Positions 51,885-64,000 of a DNA stretch of 64,000 nucleotides are shown piece after piece. The notes beneath the pieces were generated by a model. It saw only the letters and a list, made by a program, of their open reading frames with translations. It was not told where the DNA came from and made no database searches. Source of the DNA: Octopus vulgaris (taxonomy: Eukaryota); the NCBI GenBank assembly GCA_951406725.2, contig OX597827.1, positions 16,616,001-16,680,000 of the forward strand, given 5' to 3'. Both the position numbers and the translations under genes were made by a program. How positions within the stretch are numbered: position 1 is the first letter of the stretch; every line of letters begins with the position of its first letter.

Positions 51885-52425
51885 CCACCCCTCTCTCTCT
51901 CTCCCTTTCACCTGTAGTCCTTACATACAGGTTGCAATGCGTATGTGCAGTTATATACAACGGTATGAGCAGACGTTGTGTGATACGAACAGTTGCACCT
52001 AGGCGTTGTATCCATTCACGGTTAGACGATGATGAGAGGAACAAACACACACCCACACACATATATATATATGTGTGTGCGTCTATACAAACATATATGT
52101 AAATATGTATACAACCTTCAGCAAAGTAACAGTCATGTACACAACTTGGACGGACACATGCCAGTACACGGACATACGTTCACATACACATACACATGTA
52201 CACACTCTCACGGACACATCTGCCCATTCTCCTAGACACTCACATACATACGTAGCACATGAATACAAACATACATACATACCTACGTATGGGCATACAC
52301 ACGTACATACGCACGTACATGTACGCACACACATATATGGGCACATGCATACGAGCGCGTATACATACATACGCACATGCGTACGTATGTACATACACAC
52401 ATACATACATACATACATACATACA

Positions 52426-52456
<31 letters not shown>

Positions 52457-52864
52457 GTACGCACATACATACATACATACGAACAATAGTAAAACGTTAG
52501 TTCTGTGATATAGAGATAAAAATCTGATAATAGATTTTAGGGTATAGTTCTTGTGAGCAAGCGTCATAAATTCACTTTCTAGCCTCGGCCGTAGGGAGTT
52601 GAAATTTGATAGCGTTGTGATGAGTGGTCACTCTACATCCATCCATCGCTACAGGTTTATAACTTTATGTTTTATAGAGTGTATGTGCGTGCTTATACAC
52701 ACATACATATATACATACATACATACATACATACATACATACATACATACATACATACATACATACATACACAGGCGTATGTGCGTACATGCATACGTAC
52801 ATACATACACACATGTATGCATACATACACACATACATACGTACATATATATGACGAACTAACT

Positions 52865-53078
52865 GTTACTTTCTTAGATGCAGCACGGACTTTGACAGTG
52901 AACAGATCGCGGATTTTAGCGACGAAAATATTTTGACAAATTAAACTTAAATGTTGGAGTGAATCGAACGGCTTTTGTGTGTTTCTTAAATGGCTTATAA
53001 ACACCTTCCACGCTGCAATTGTTTTCGGTTCAGCACACGATCTCAGATCAAATTACTTGCTATGCGAGTACATCTCCG

Positions 53079-53079
<1 letters not shown>
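52865..53079. mobile_element. MITE-like repeat, second copy at about 62562-62733
   Basis: Shared ~140-bp body. Terminus cggagatgtact(c/t)gcatagcaagt seen in opposite orientation at 53053-53079 and 62563-62588. Confidence 0.6.
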
Positions 53080-53161
<82 letters not shown>

Positions 53162-53300
53162 TAGGTAGATATAGATATATATATATACATGCATACATAC
53201 ATACATACATACATATATATATACATACATACATACATACATACATAATACATACATACATACATACTTACATGCATGCATACATACATACATACATACA

Positions 53301-53374
<74 letters not shown>

Positions 53375-53443
53375 AGAAAAATAAGAAAATAGAGATTAAT
53401 CAATTAATAATTATATTTATTGGTTGCAAAAATAGACATAATT

Positions 53444-53524
53444 CCTGACAGCTGTTTCGATTCAGACTTTAAAGATTCTAATTGAAATAATTAAAATCAT
53501 TATAAAGTAGAATCTCGTTGGAGG
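53444..53524 (-). ncRNA. Decayed type I hammerhead motif
   Basis: Minus strand: cct-CCAACGA-gattc..gaatc-GAAA-cagctg-TC-agg. Palindromic helix III ACAGCTGT. About 70 bp from a (TA)n tract. Confidence 0.55.
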
Positions 53525-54645
53525 TAGAAAAAAATGTATACCATTACATTTTTATGTGTTAAGTGTACGGAACATTTCAACTGAGTATTGTTTTCTGGAT
53601 AAACTTGGTACAGACCTTATAAGCGGGGAGAGTGTATATTTAGAAAGAAAGTAAATATATAATATACTCTGTGTAACCATTAAACAGTATTAGGATAAAT
53701 AATATATAGTAAGTAAGTGTGTATCGAAGTATCATATTAATATTGGAGTAAATATGTTTATACAAATTTAAGTAATAAGGCTGTATAAATTCGTAAGTAA
53801 AAATAAGAAATGGATAGAGTTATAGATATATTCATATATATTTGAATGCATATATAAATATAAATTCATTCAAATATTTATAAATATATAAAAATAAAAA
53901 AATATGGAGGCGTAAATTATCTCATCTTGCATATGTACTTATATATTTATACGCTCAGACATAATAAATTCATGTAAATATCTGTACAGGAACCATATGC
54001 AAAAAAATTGTATAAATATGTAATTGTGTAATGTGTTGCTAGTTAGATTCCTACATAAATATTTACTTATGTTCAAATAGAGTTCAATAATAATGCAGCA
54101 GTAAATAAATAAATAAAAAATGTATTTATTATGCGTACTTATTTTGGTAATAAAACCTGACACACCTAAATCTATTTTATATTAATCAAATAAGTTAAAG
54201 AGAATCTATTGGGTTTATATTTTAAAAATATATAACGTTTGATTTCTTTGGGGGATCGTTAACGGTAACGTAAAATATAAAAAATAAGAAAGAAATAAAG
54301 AAAGAAACAAGATAAAAGAACAGAGTGAATATGTTATGTGTATAAAATAAGAAAGCAAGGAAAAATCTGTTTATCAAAGCAAAATTGTATAGTTTTTTTT
54401 AAAGTTTGGGAGATAGAATGCTTATGTGTGCAAAAAAATAATATATTCTTTCGGTGGAATACCCTCTACATAATCTTAGACACGAAAGACATAATTCTTG
54501 TTTACATATAAGAAAATATGTATTTTCCAAATATAAATAAATAAGAGTTTAATTACTTCTCTCACCACTATAGTTACACATATTAACCTATAACCTATCT
54601 ATCTTTCTATCTATCTGTCTATCTTTCTTTTAATTTGTGTGTAAG

Positions 54646-54683
<38 letters not shown>

Positions 54684-54698
54684 AACACACACACACAC

Positions 54699-54761
<63 letters not shown>

Positions 54762-55270
54762 TATATATATACATATATGTGTGTGTACATACATAAATAT
54801 ATATACATAGCATATAAGCACTGGCATGCGTACATGATATATATGTGTATATGTACGTATGTATGTATGTATGTATGTATGTATGTATGTATGTATGTAT
54901 GTATGTATGTATGTATGTATATATATATATAGTCTGCTAAAATGATTTCATAAGCAAATGTACATATTTTCTCACTAATAATATTGTGCTCACATTAATG
55001 TAAATTTAAAGTTTATTGAGCTTTAATTGAAACGGCTGTAAGTGATGATTTCGAATTTGCAGTTAATAATAAACATTTATTAACTTCTTAATCTCTATTT
55101 TCCTTTCTTCTTTTAAATGAATATAAACTATATGTTTTTATATATATCTATTACTTTAAGGAAATTCATTCCTCCAAAATACTAGCTATTGAACCAGTAT
55201 TTCTTTGTTTGGATAAAGCCATGCCTTCATGAGGTTTGCATATCCTCTAATTATATATATATATATAAAT

Positions 55271-55302
<32 letters not shown>

Positions 55303-55303
<1 letters not shown>

Positions 55304-55424
55304 GGGAGGGTTTACGAAAAAAACAAAAGACGAAGACAGGTGGTGTACAAAACAAACAGATGTATTAGTATAACGCTCAGGAATAGAAAAAGTCTTTTAT
55401 GTTTTGAGCCTACGCTCTTCTACA

Positions 55425-55426
<2 letters not shown>
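55303..55426 (-). mobile_element. Short HHR-motif repeat, family A, truncated at the ribozyme motif
   Basis: Reverse complement of the family A 3' part. It stops at ttctgtagaagagc and is embedded in (TA)n on both sides. Confidence 0.7.
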
Positions 55427-55465
<39 letters not shown>

Positions 55466-56335
55466 GACAGAGAGACATACATAGATTGATAGATATACAT
55501 AAATACACACATACACACAGACACACGCACACACACACATAAACACACACATATATATATAAATCATGTATGAATGAAACAACAGTTTGGTTTTTGGTAT
55601 CCAATAAGCGTAGACATTCGCAATCACGCAAAATAATCACAGAATACCGATGCGTGATTTTATGAGTTGTGCGCGGAGATAATGCACTCCTACCGACCAC
55701 ATGAATTTTCTTAGCCATAATAATATATTTTCCCCTTGAGTTAGTGTAACAGCGTTTTTAAAGAAGTTCCATTCGTCTTCATTAAAAAACATCCCTAACA
55801 TTCTTACTTAAATACTTTGATGCATTTTATTATCTTGCCACCAGGAGTCTTATGATATAAAACACTCCCATATCATCTATCTTAATATTGATATCTGGTT
55901 TTGTGAAAATGGCGATTCGTCTAATTTGCAACATTTCTTTACGCAGGGATACGAGATAAATATATTTTAGGATTTTACAGTAGGTGGTCAAACTCTATTT
56001 TTGAACGGATTCATTGCAATTCCTTGACGTTTTAAAGCATGAATTTCATGGAATTATTTAACTAAGATTATAGCAAAAAAAAAAAAGAAGAAAGATGGAG
56101 TACCTAGTTAATGTTAATACTAAATAAAAAAAAACTCTGTCCAAAACTAGAAAGCAAAATTATTTCTAATCAAATAATGACCACATCGCCCGTCCCAGTG
56201 ACTTCCTCTCTCATTCTCTCTCATTCTCTCCCTACCTTCCGCAGTCTCTTTCACTTTTTTCTCTCCCATGATCTCTGTCTCTCTCTCGCTCTATATCTGT
56301 ATCTTTGGTTTAATATAGATTTATAATAAAATCAA

Positions 56336-56530
56336 TTTAACATGCAGCTAAAAAATTAATACGTGTTTGTAGAGTACATATTTATCATAACTTTACAAGA
56401 AGGCTGGGGGTGATTTTGAAGCTTCAGTCTGCTAGGCTATATATATATAAACACACATACATACACACACACACACACACATGTAAGTATATATATGTAT
56501 ATATATGAATATATACATACATATATATTT

Positions 56531-56561
<31 letters not shown>

Positions 56562-57025
56562 CGTATACACACACACACACATATATATATATTTATGTAT
56601 ATGTATATATACATATATATCACATCAGAATAAGCAACAAGGATATCCAGAGGTCATATCCAGAGGTCATGCAGTACGTTTGTTTAACATGCAGCTAAAA
56701 TATTAATACGTGTTTGTAGAGTACATATTTATCATAACTTTACAAGAAGGCTGGGGGTGATTTTGAAGCTTCAGTCTGCTAGGCTATATATATATAAACA
56801 TACATACATACACACACACACACACATGTAAGTATATATATATGTATATATATTTATATATGTATATATATGAATATATACATACATATATATTTTTATA
56901 TGTATATATATATATACGTATACACACACACACATATATATATATTTATGTATATGTATATATACATATATATCACATCAAAATAAGCAACAAGGATATC
57001 CAGAGGTCATGCAATACGTTTGTTT
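56336..57025. repeat. Direct tandem duplication, 2 x ~345 bp
   Basis: tttaacatgcagctaaaa..aggtcatgca(g/a)tacgtttg repeats at 56336 and 56683. Confidence 0.9.
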
Positions 57026-57181
57026 CACGCAACTCCATTTAATTGAACAATGTAGAGCAATCCTCAGCTGCACAAAGACATAGAGTTTATTTAAATTAAA
57101 ACAGATGGATACATTAGTATAATTATATATTTATAATTATATACATAAATATATGTATATGTATATATGCATATATATATT

Positions 57182-57236
<55 letters not shown>

Positions 57237-57899
57237 TAGTTGACGTATCCCTTGGTTCCGTTCCCATAATTGTTTCGCTAATCCAATAACAACAATACAA
57301 AGTATGTAGCCCTTAAAACGGTTTTTGTGCATTTACAGAGAATACCGAACTGTCTTACACAGGATCTTGTTTTTAGGAATTCTCAATAAATTATGAATAC
57401 GCAAATTATGAAGTCAGTTACGTAATAACATGAAATTAGTTACCCGATAGCAAAAATTCAAATAAAGTTATCCCCGAAAAGGGCCTTAATGCGTTCTCAG
57501 AGTATATAGAACATAGGACGAAATACTAATAAGGTATATATACTAAAATCGTGAAGCATGTTATGTAATAACAGGCTAATCAGATATGAGTAAATAACTC
57601 TGAAAAGGGCTTTTGTGCGTTCCCAGAGAATATTACTCTCGTGGAAACCTTTTTGTCCAATTTGGCAGAGGAAATGAGAAGAACATTAAATTTTTGTCGG
57701 CGTCATGCTGAAGCTTCATGTTACAATCCCGCACAGCACCTAGCCATGTGCGTGTGTGCTCGGGTGGGTAAAGGTAACACGGGTCCATTCATCCGTTCTC
57801 CAGAAGTGCCCTGTTGATGTTTCACGTTTCCAATCCTAGGCAACGTGGCATGGCCTTGCTGCATGTCTGCTTTCTATGTGCAATGCAAAAGGTTCATAC

Positions 57900-58003
57900 A
57901 ATCCTCCTTCTTTCTTTCCTTTCCTGAGCGTCCAATAACATTATACTTGTTCCACGTCCTCGCGTTGTTGTGTTTTCTCATTGTGTTTTCATGTTTAGAT
58001 TAA

Positions 58004-58006
<3 letters not shown>
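57900..58006 (+). mobile_element. 3' part of family B repeat (no ribozyme core)
   Basis: cctccttc..ttcctgagcgtccaataac..gttccacgtcctcgcgttg matches 17670-17770 and ends in (TA)n. Confidence 0.65.
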
Positions 58007-58041
<35 letters not shown>

Positions 58042-59703
58042 TTCTAGAATAAATTCTGGTTACAATTAAAGTATTTGAAAAAAATAATTTAAGTTAAAAA
58101 TCATTAATTAGGCAGGTAATCCAATGACGGGAGCTTGTATAAGAAGATAAAAAAAGATATAAAATAATCTTTAAAATTTAGATTAACACTGACCAGTTAG
58201 AAGAATGTTTTTGTGTAAGCGCTTTTCAATGCCTCCTATTTTCAAAGTAATTGATTTTCAAAGCAGTTTTCATTATTTCTGATATAAGTTCGGATCTAGA
58301 ATCCTAAAAAATGGGCATTCTTCTTTAGTTTTTTTGTAACTAATCATTTACCTAACTTTGCAAAAAGGGAACATTTTCAATTTTCATTTTGCATGTATGT
58401 CTACGTTCACTACATGGAATATCTTTAAGAGATGGATATTTGATTTGTTTTTTTATGCACTCTAATCTACTCTATTAAATTTGTTAAAAAAATTGGGGCT
58501 GACTCGTTCGACTTATATTATTCAAGGTGGTGCCCCAGCATAACCGCTGTTTACTAGCTGAGACAAGTTCAAGAAAGGTAAAAGGGAAGATAAAGAAACA
58601 AGCGAGAGGCACCTGACTGTTCTGTGTTTGAATATGTTGGCTTAAAAAGCAGTAGTAAAAATATATATTCCTTTACTACCCACAAGGGGCTAAACATAGA
58701 GGGGACAAACAAGGACAGACAAAGGGATTGAGTTGATTACATCGACCCAGTGCGTCACTGGTACTTTATTTATCGACCCCGAGAGGATGAAAGGCAAAGT
58801 CGACCTCGGCGGAATTTGAACTCAGAACGTAACGACAGACGAAATACGGCTACGCATTTCGCCCGGCGCGCTAACGTTTCTGCCAGCTCGCCGCCTAGCG
58901 CAAAAGGAAGTTAACTAAATAACTTATTGTACTCAGTCACTCCAGCTGAGTCCACTTGGATCGACTTTACCATTTGTCCCCTGAAGATCGATGAAAATGA
59001 TATCCGGAGTATGTAAGGAGTCAGTTCGATCGGTTGTTATTTCCCACTTTTTACAAATGTGCGTCCTTTCTGCTAGAGAGAATAATCAATAGTTATTTTG
59101 GATCGAACTGACAGTCAGAACGTGATTGATTTATATATAGCACAAACTTAGCCTTTCGCACTCAACGTCTTCTGTTTTATTTTCGTATTTTATTTTTAGT
59201 CTCTTCAAGCTAATAATATAATTCACTCTTACCGCCTTTTCCTACCATCCAATGTATACAACCATGAAATTATTAGGTGCCACATGTTTTCTTCATGAGT
59301 TGCTCATTTAGCGCATTTCAGAAATTACTGAAGCTAGGAAGTTCAAATATATATTTTTTCCATCAATTGCATTACGAAGCAAAATGAAAACAAATCGAAC
59401 GTCAAAACTATCGATCTCGAGAAAATTAAATTTAGGGTCCCTGAGAACCCAAATTGAATTTTCTTGAACGAATTAATCGAAAGTTGTTAAATTCAATGTT
59501 AGAACAATGACATCGAGCTTCGATCTTGTTCTAACAATATTAAGAAGGCAAATCTCTGAAAAGGATCTCTTTGCGAACAAAGGCAGAAGTAAAAGGAAAA
59601 TCGTTTTTCACATTGAACCTGGAAGTGAGTATTATTAGATGTATTATGATGGTAAGATAAAGAAACTGTAGCTAATGGTTGAAGCTATAACGGAGGAGCT
59701 CCA

Positions 59704-60043
59704 CATCATCATCATCATTGTTCGACCGTGGTCGAGACAATGGAATTTACAATGCTACGCCAGACTTCACAGTCCATCATAGCATTACGGAGGTCCTGTT
59801 GCTGGATGCCTGTATCCCTGGAGATTACATCAGGGTAGGAGAGTGTGCGCCCTCTGGTATCGCGAGTAGATGGCTTCCAGAGGAGAAGAGTAGAAATTGC
59901 CTCGTTTTCAGCTCTACAACAATGTCCAGCAAACTTGACTCTCCTACCTTTCACAATAGATGATACAGGTGGTAGTTTCCCATATATTTGCATTTTGGTT
60001 GGATGGCGCTTCCACGAGAGATTTTGAGCTCTCATAAGGAGGC
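59704..60043 (-). mobile_element. RTE-group LINE 3' end
   Basis: LLMRAQNLSWKRHPT..IYGKLP..RRVKFAGHC..LLLWKP..RG..AMMDCEVWR, then a (TGA)n tail. Confidence 0.8.
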
Positions 60044-60045
60044 TA

Positions 60046-60232
60046 GTAACGGGGACATAAACACACCAGCATCGGTTGTCAAGCAATGCTAGGGGGACAA
60101 ACACAGACACACAAACACACACACGCATATATATATATATACATATATACGACGGGCTTCTTTCAGTTTCCGTCTACCAAATCCACTCACAAGGCTTTGG
60201 TCGGCCCGAGGCTATAGCAGAAGACACTTGTC
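60046..60232 (-). mobile_element. SINE family 1, internal fragment
   Basis: Central part only, fused to an RTE fragment. Confidence 0.75.
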
Positions 60233-60405
60233 CACCACCTTTTTGTGACTAAATCCCACGAGTGATACAGAGTAAAAAAAATAATCTACTGAGATTAGTG
60301 CTCTCTCATTATACAGCCTTAGTATGAAAAGTTGGATTCTCCAGTTGGAGCATTGACTCTTGATCTAGTATCGAGAAAGATGAACACGAAACTAGGGAAG
60401 GCAGA

Positions 60406-61509
60406 GGCGGCGAGGAGCTGGCAGAAACGTTAGCACGCCGGGTGAAATGCTTAGCGGTATTTCGTCTGTCTTTACGTCCTGAGTCCAAATTCCGCCGAGA
60501 TCGACTTTGCCTTTCATCCTTTCGGGGTCGATAAATTAAGTACCAGTTACGCACTGGGGTCGATGTAATCGACTTAATCCGTTTGTCCTCTCTATGTTTA
60601 GCCCCTTGTGGGTAGTAAAGAAATAGTTTTTTTGTCGGTCTTTACGTCCTGAGTTCAAATTCCGCCGATGTCGACTTTGCCTTTCATCCTTTCGTGGTCG
60701 ATAAATTAAGTACCAGTTACGCACTGGGGTCGATGTAATCGACTTAATCCGTTTGTTGTCTCTGAGTTTAGCCCCTTGTGGGTAGTAAAGAAATAGTTTT
60801 TTGTCGGTCTTTACGTCCTGAGTTCAAATTCCGCCGAGGTCGACTTTGCCTTTCATCCTTTCGGGGTCGATAAATTAAGTACCAGTTTCGCACTGGGGTC
60901 GATGTAATCGGCTTAATCCGTTTGTCGTCTCTGTGTTTAGTCCGTTGTGGGTAGTAAAGAAATAGTTATTTTGTCGGTCTTTACGTCCTGAGTTCAAATT
61001 CCGCCGAGGTCGACTTTGTCCAGCAAACTGGACTCTCCTACCTTTCACAAGAGATGACACAGGTGGTAGTTTCCCATATATTCAACTACTGATCAAATAT
61101 GTGAATATAATAGTTAGTAGTTAAAAAGACGTTAGATTGGCAGATCCGTTAAAGCCTTGTGGTTTTTGTTCCAGGTATTTGTACCCTGAATCAAAATCCT
61201 GCCAAGAGTTCAACTCTTCGTCCATTTCGCAGTCAATGTATAAGTTATGCACTGGGGTCTATGTAATCGACTTAATCCGTTTGTCGTCTCTGTGTTTAGC
61301 CCCTTGTGGGTAGTAAAGAAATAGGTATTTTGTCGGTCTTTACGTCCTGAGTTCAAATTCCGCCGAGGTCGACTTTGCCTTTCATCCTTTCGGGGTCGAT
61401 AAATTAAGTACCAGTTTCGCACTGGGGTTGATGTAATCGACTTAATCCCTTTGTCTGTCCTTGTTTGTCCCCTCTATGTTTAGCCCCTTGTGGGCAATAA
61501 AGAAATAAG
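60406..61509 (+). repeat. SINE family 2 multimer interrupted by locally copied DNA
   Basis: Repeated units of about 172-174 bp. Flanking direct repeat gaaactagggaaggca at 60388 and 61510. Confidence 0.85.
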
Positions 61510-61881
61510 AAACTAGGGAAGGCAAAGTTTCATGTAGCTCACACTCCAGTCAATCTAGAAAACTGGATTGACAAGATTGACAAGTACTATCATTTCTGAC
61601 CGGATGGTAACTACCATCTAAAAAATGAAATTGATGGGACTTCTGATTCTGGGTCGGGGAGAAGGCTGAATATATTTTAGGTTGAATAAACGTTAGGCCA
61701 CAACACCGATGTATATACCCAATCGGTGGCTTCGTTGATCGTAAGCCAGCATTCATCGCAGAGAGATAAATTAATGCAACGCTATAGATATTGTGGTAAC
61801 GGCACCGAAGCACCAAGAAAAAAAAAAAAAGAGGTTTGGATATCTAATACATCATGTTTTCCTTTCTCTTTTATAACGTTA

Positions 61882-62276
61882 CTAGCAGTATCACCCGGCG
61901 TTGCTCGGGTTTGTAAGGGAAATAACTATATAAGCATTTTTAGAGATGTAAAGTATAATAGCCATCTCAATATGGCTAACCACAAATGGGGGGTGTTACT
62001 GTAACTTTTTACGTTCTGAGATTTAATAATAAAATTTTAGAGAGTTACTTCCCTTATATATGCCAAAAAGGCATTAAAAATGGGAAAAATTGATGGTAAA
62101 TTTTTTTAAAATCGTAGACTCATCGTAGACGCGCGCTAATACCCAGAAGGGCTCGATATGAATCACGACTATAAGATACCCGGTTTTGGTTAAACTGCAC
62201 CGCAAAATGTTGGAGTAGTTAGGAATCTAAATCGTAGGAGACAGACAGCACACAACCTCACTTTTATATATAAAGA
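61882..62276 (-). mobile_element. Non-autonomous Helitron
   Basis: Reverse complement of the 6142-6534 family (ctagcagtatcacccggcgttgctcggg..cttttatatataaaga). Confidence 0.8.
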
Positions 62277-63139
62277 TATGTATCTAGACAGTAGCATCTT
62301 TTCATTGTAGTTATTTCGATTATTCCCAGTGCACTTATTATTTGGGGGATTCTTTCTGTTTTCAATTCCGCTTGAATTATACATCGAATTTATTTGGACA
62401 GTAAGTAATACAACTATGGTAGGTTAACTCTACAGGGTATATAATGAAAGAAGTTGAAATTAATTTACTGAAAAACGAAACGAAATGGAAACACTTTCAC
62501 TTGCATATCGTTACACAATCATGGCTTTAAAATATTTGTAATATGTAATGTATATAATATTACGGAGATGTACTTGCATAGCAAGTGAATGCAGCACGAA
62601 TATTTGTCAGGGAACAGGTCGCGGTCTTATAGCGACGAAAATATTTTGAGAAATTAAACTTAAATGTTGAAGTGAATCGAACGACTTTTGTGTGTTTCTT
62701 AAATGGCTTGCAAACACCTTCCACGCTGCAATTGAATGTATATAATAGTTAGTTGAGAAAAATAGATTAAAATGCTAGCCATATATGCAGCTATAATAGG
62801 AGAATAAAGTACATTCAAATATTAATGACATACGTAGATATAATATTTATTTGTATGAAAACATATTCAAATGTGAATATAATAGTTAGTAGTTAAAAAG
62901 ACGTTAGATTGGCAGATCCGTTAAAGCCTTGTGGTTTTCGTTCCAGGTAATTCTACCCTGAATTAAAATCCTGCCGAGAGTTCAACTCTTCGTCCATTTC
63001 GGAGTCAATGTATAAGGTCCAATCAAGTAACCATTGCAAGCCATCACATAGCAGTTTCAACTTGTGTTGGCCAATGGAAGAAAAGATTAGATGGACTGAG
63101 GGAAAAATCTATTGCTGTAGTTTTGAAGAGGCTTGTCTA

Positions 63140-63446
63140 TCTTCCCTGTCTCAAATGATGAAAACACAAGTACCTCAAAATCTATGAGGATTTTGCATAC
63201 GTTAGTACTGTGACTAAAGCCACTATAACAAAGTCTGTAGATTCCGGAAAATATGGAAGTTGGAATTGTAGGCGCAGGAGTGGCTGTGTGGTAAGTAGCT
63301 TGCTTACCAACCACATGGTTCCGAGTTCAGTCCCGCTGCGTGGCACCTTGGGCAAGTGTCTTCGGCTATAGTCCCGGGCCGACCAATGCCTTGTGAGTGG
63401 ATTTGGTAGACGGAAACTGATAGAAGCCTGTCGTATATATGTATAT

Positions 63447-63478
<32 letters not shown>

Positions 63479-64000
63479 TTGTGTGTCTGTGTTTGTCCCC
63501 CTAGCATTGCTTGACAACCGATGCTGGTGTGTTTACGTCCCCGTCACTTAGCGGTTCGGCAAAAGAGACCGATAGAATAAGTACTGGGATTACAAAGAAT
63601 AAGTCCCGGGGTCGAGTTGCTCGACTAAAGGCGGTGGTCCAGCATGGCCGCAGTCAAATGCCTGAAACAAGTAAAAGAGTAAAGAGTATGCATTTAAAAA
63701 AACCATATTTAACAATGCTTTTGCAGTACCAGTGCTAGCACCAGTATTTGGGATATTGAACTGGACACTCGTCGAGATACATAGCTTGGATGTCAAATTT
63801 AGGAAGGTACTGACCACCGTTGGCAACTTACGCATCAATAGCAAGACCGATAGCATCTATATGGAGATAAGTGGTGGATGTAGAGGCATAAGGTCTGTTG
63901 TCCAAACAGCCCTTGAATGTCACATTGTATCACCCAGACAACACCTACTGAACAGTATAAAGAAAGTAGTGAGTACATTCCATGCATGCACAAAAGTGAG
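63140..64000 (+). mobile_element. R4/Dong-like non-LTR retrotransposon RT fragment, split by a SINE
   Basis: KYLKIYEDFAYV..KIWKLEL before the SINE. After it: NAFAVPVLAPVFGILNWTLVEIHSLDVKFRKVLT..DSIYM..GGCRGI. Confidence 0.7.
63270..63686 (+). mobile_element. SINE family 1
   Basis: Full copy inserted in the R4/Dong-like LINE. Confidence 0.85.

Overview
AT-rich, microsatellite-saturated eukaryotic DNA. It is most likely an octopus (coleoid cephalopod) genome, inferred from the SINE types and repeat landscape and not verified by search. The only clear host coding gene is an intronless aminergic class A GPCR (24241-25224, +), with octopamine/tyramine-type binding-pocket residues. It sits in a transposon-poor island with an upstream splice acceptor and a long palindrome downstream. 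The rest is mobile DNA: tRNA-derived SINE families (some as tandem multimers), decayed Tc1/mariner elements, Helitrons (one with a PIF1 helicase fragment), LINE fragments (RTE, CR1-like, R4/Dong-like) and Penelope-like elements (PLEs). The most interesting signal is a dense population of minimal type I hammerhead-ribozyme (HHR) motifs with palindromic or near-palindromic helix III. They occur in the inverted terminal repeats of a PLE (RT + GIY-YIG) and in several small non-coding fold-back or SINE-like elements, mostly beside (TA)n tracts. This suggests a PLE-driven set of non-autonomous ribozyme retroelements. Almost all short ORFs in the supplied track are microsatellite artefacts. All coordinates and alignments were read by eye.
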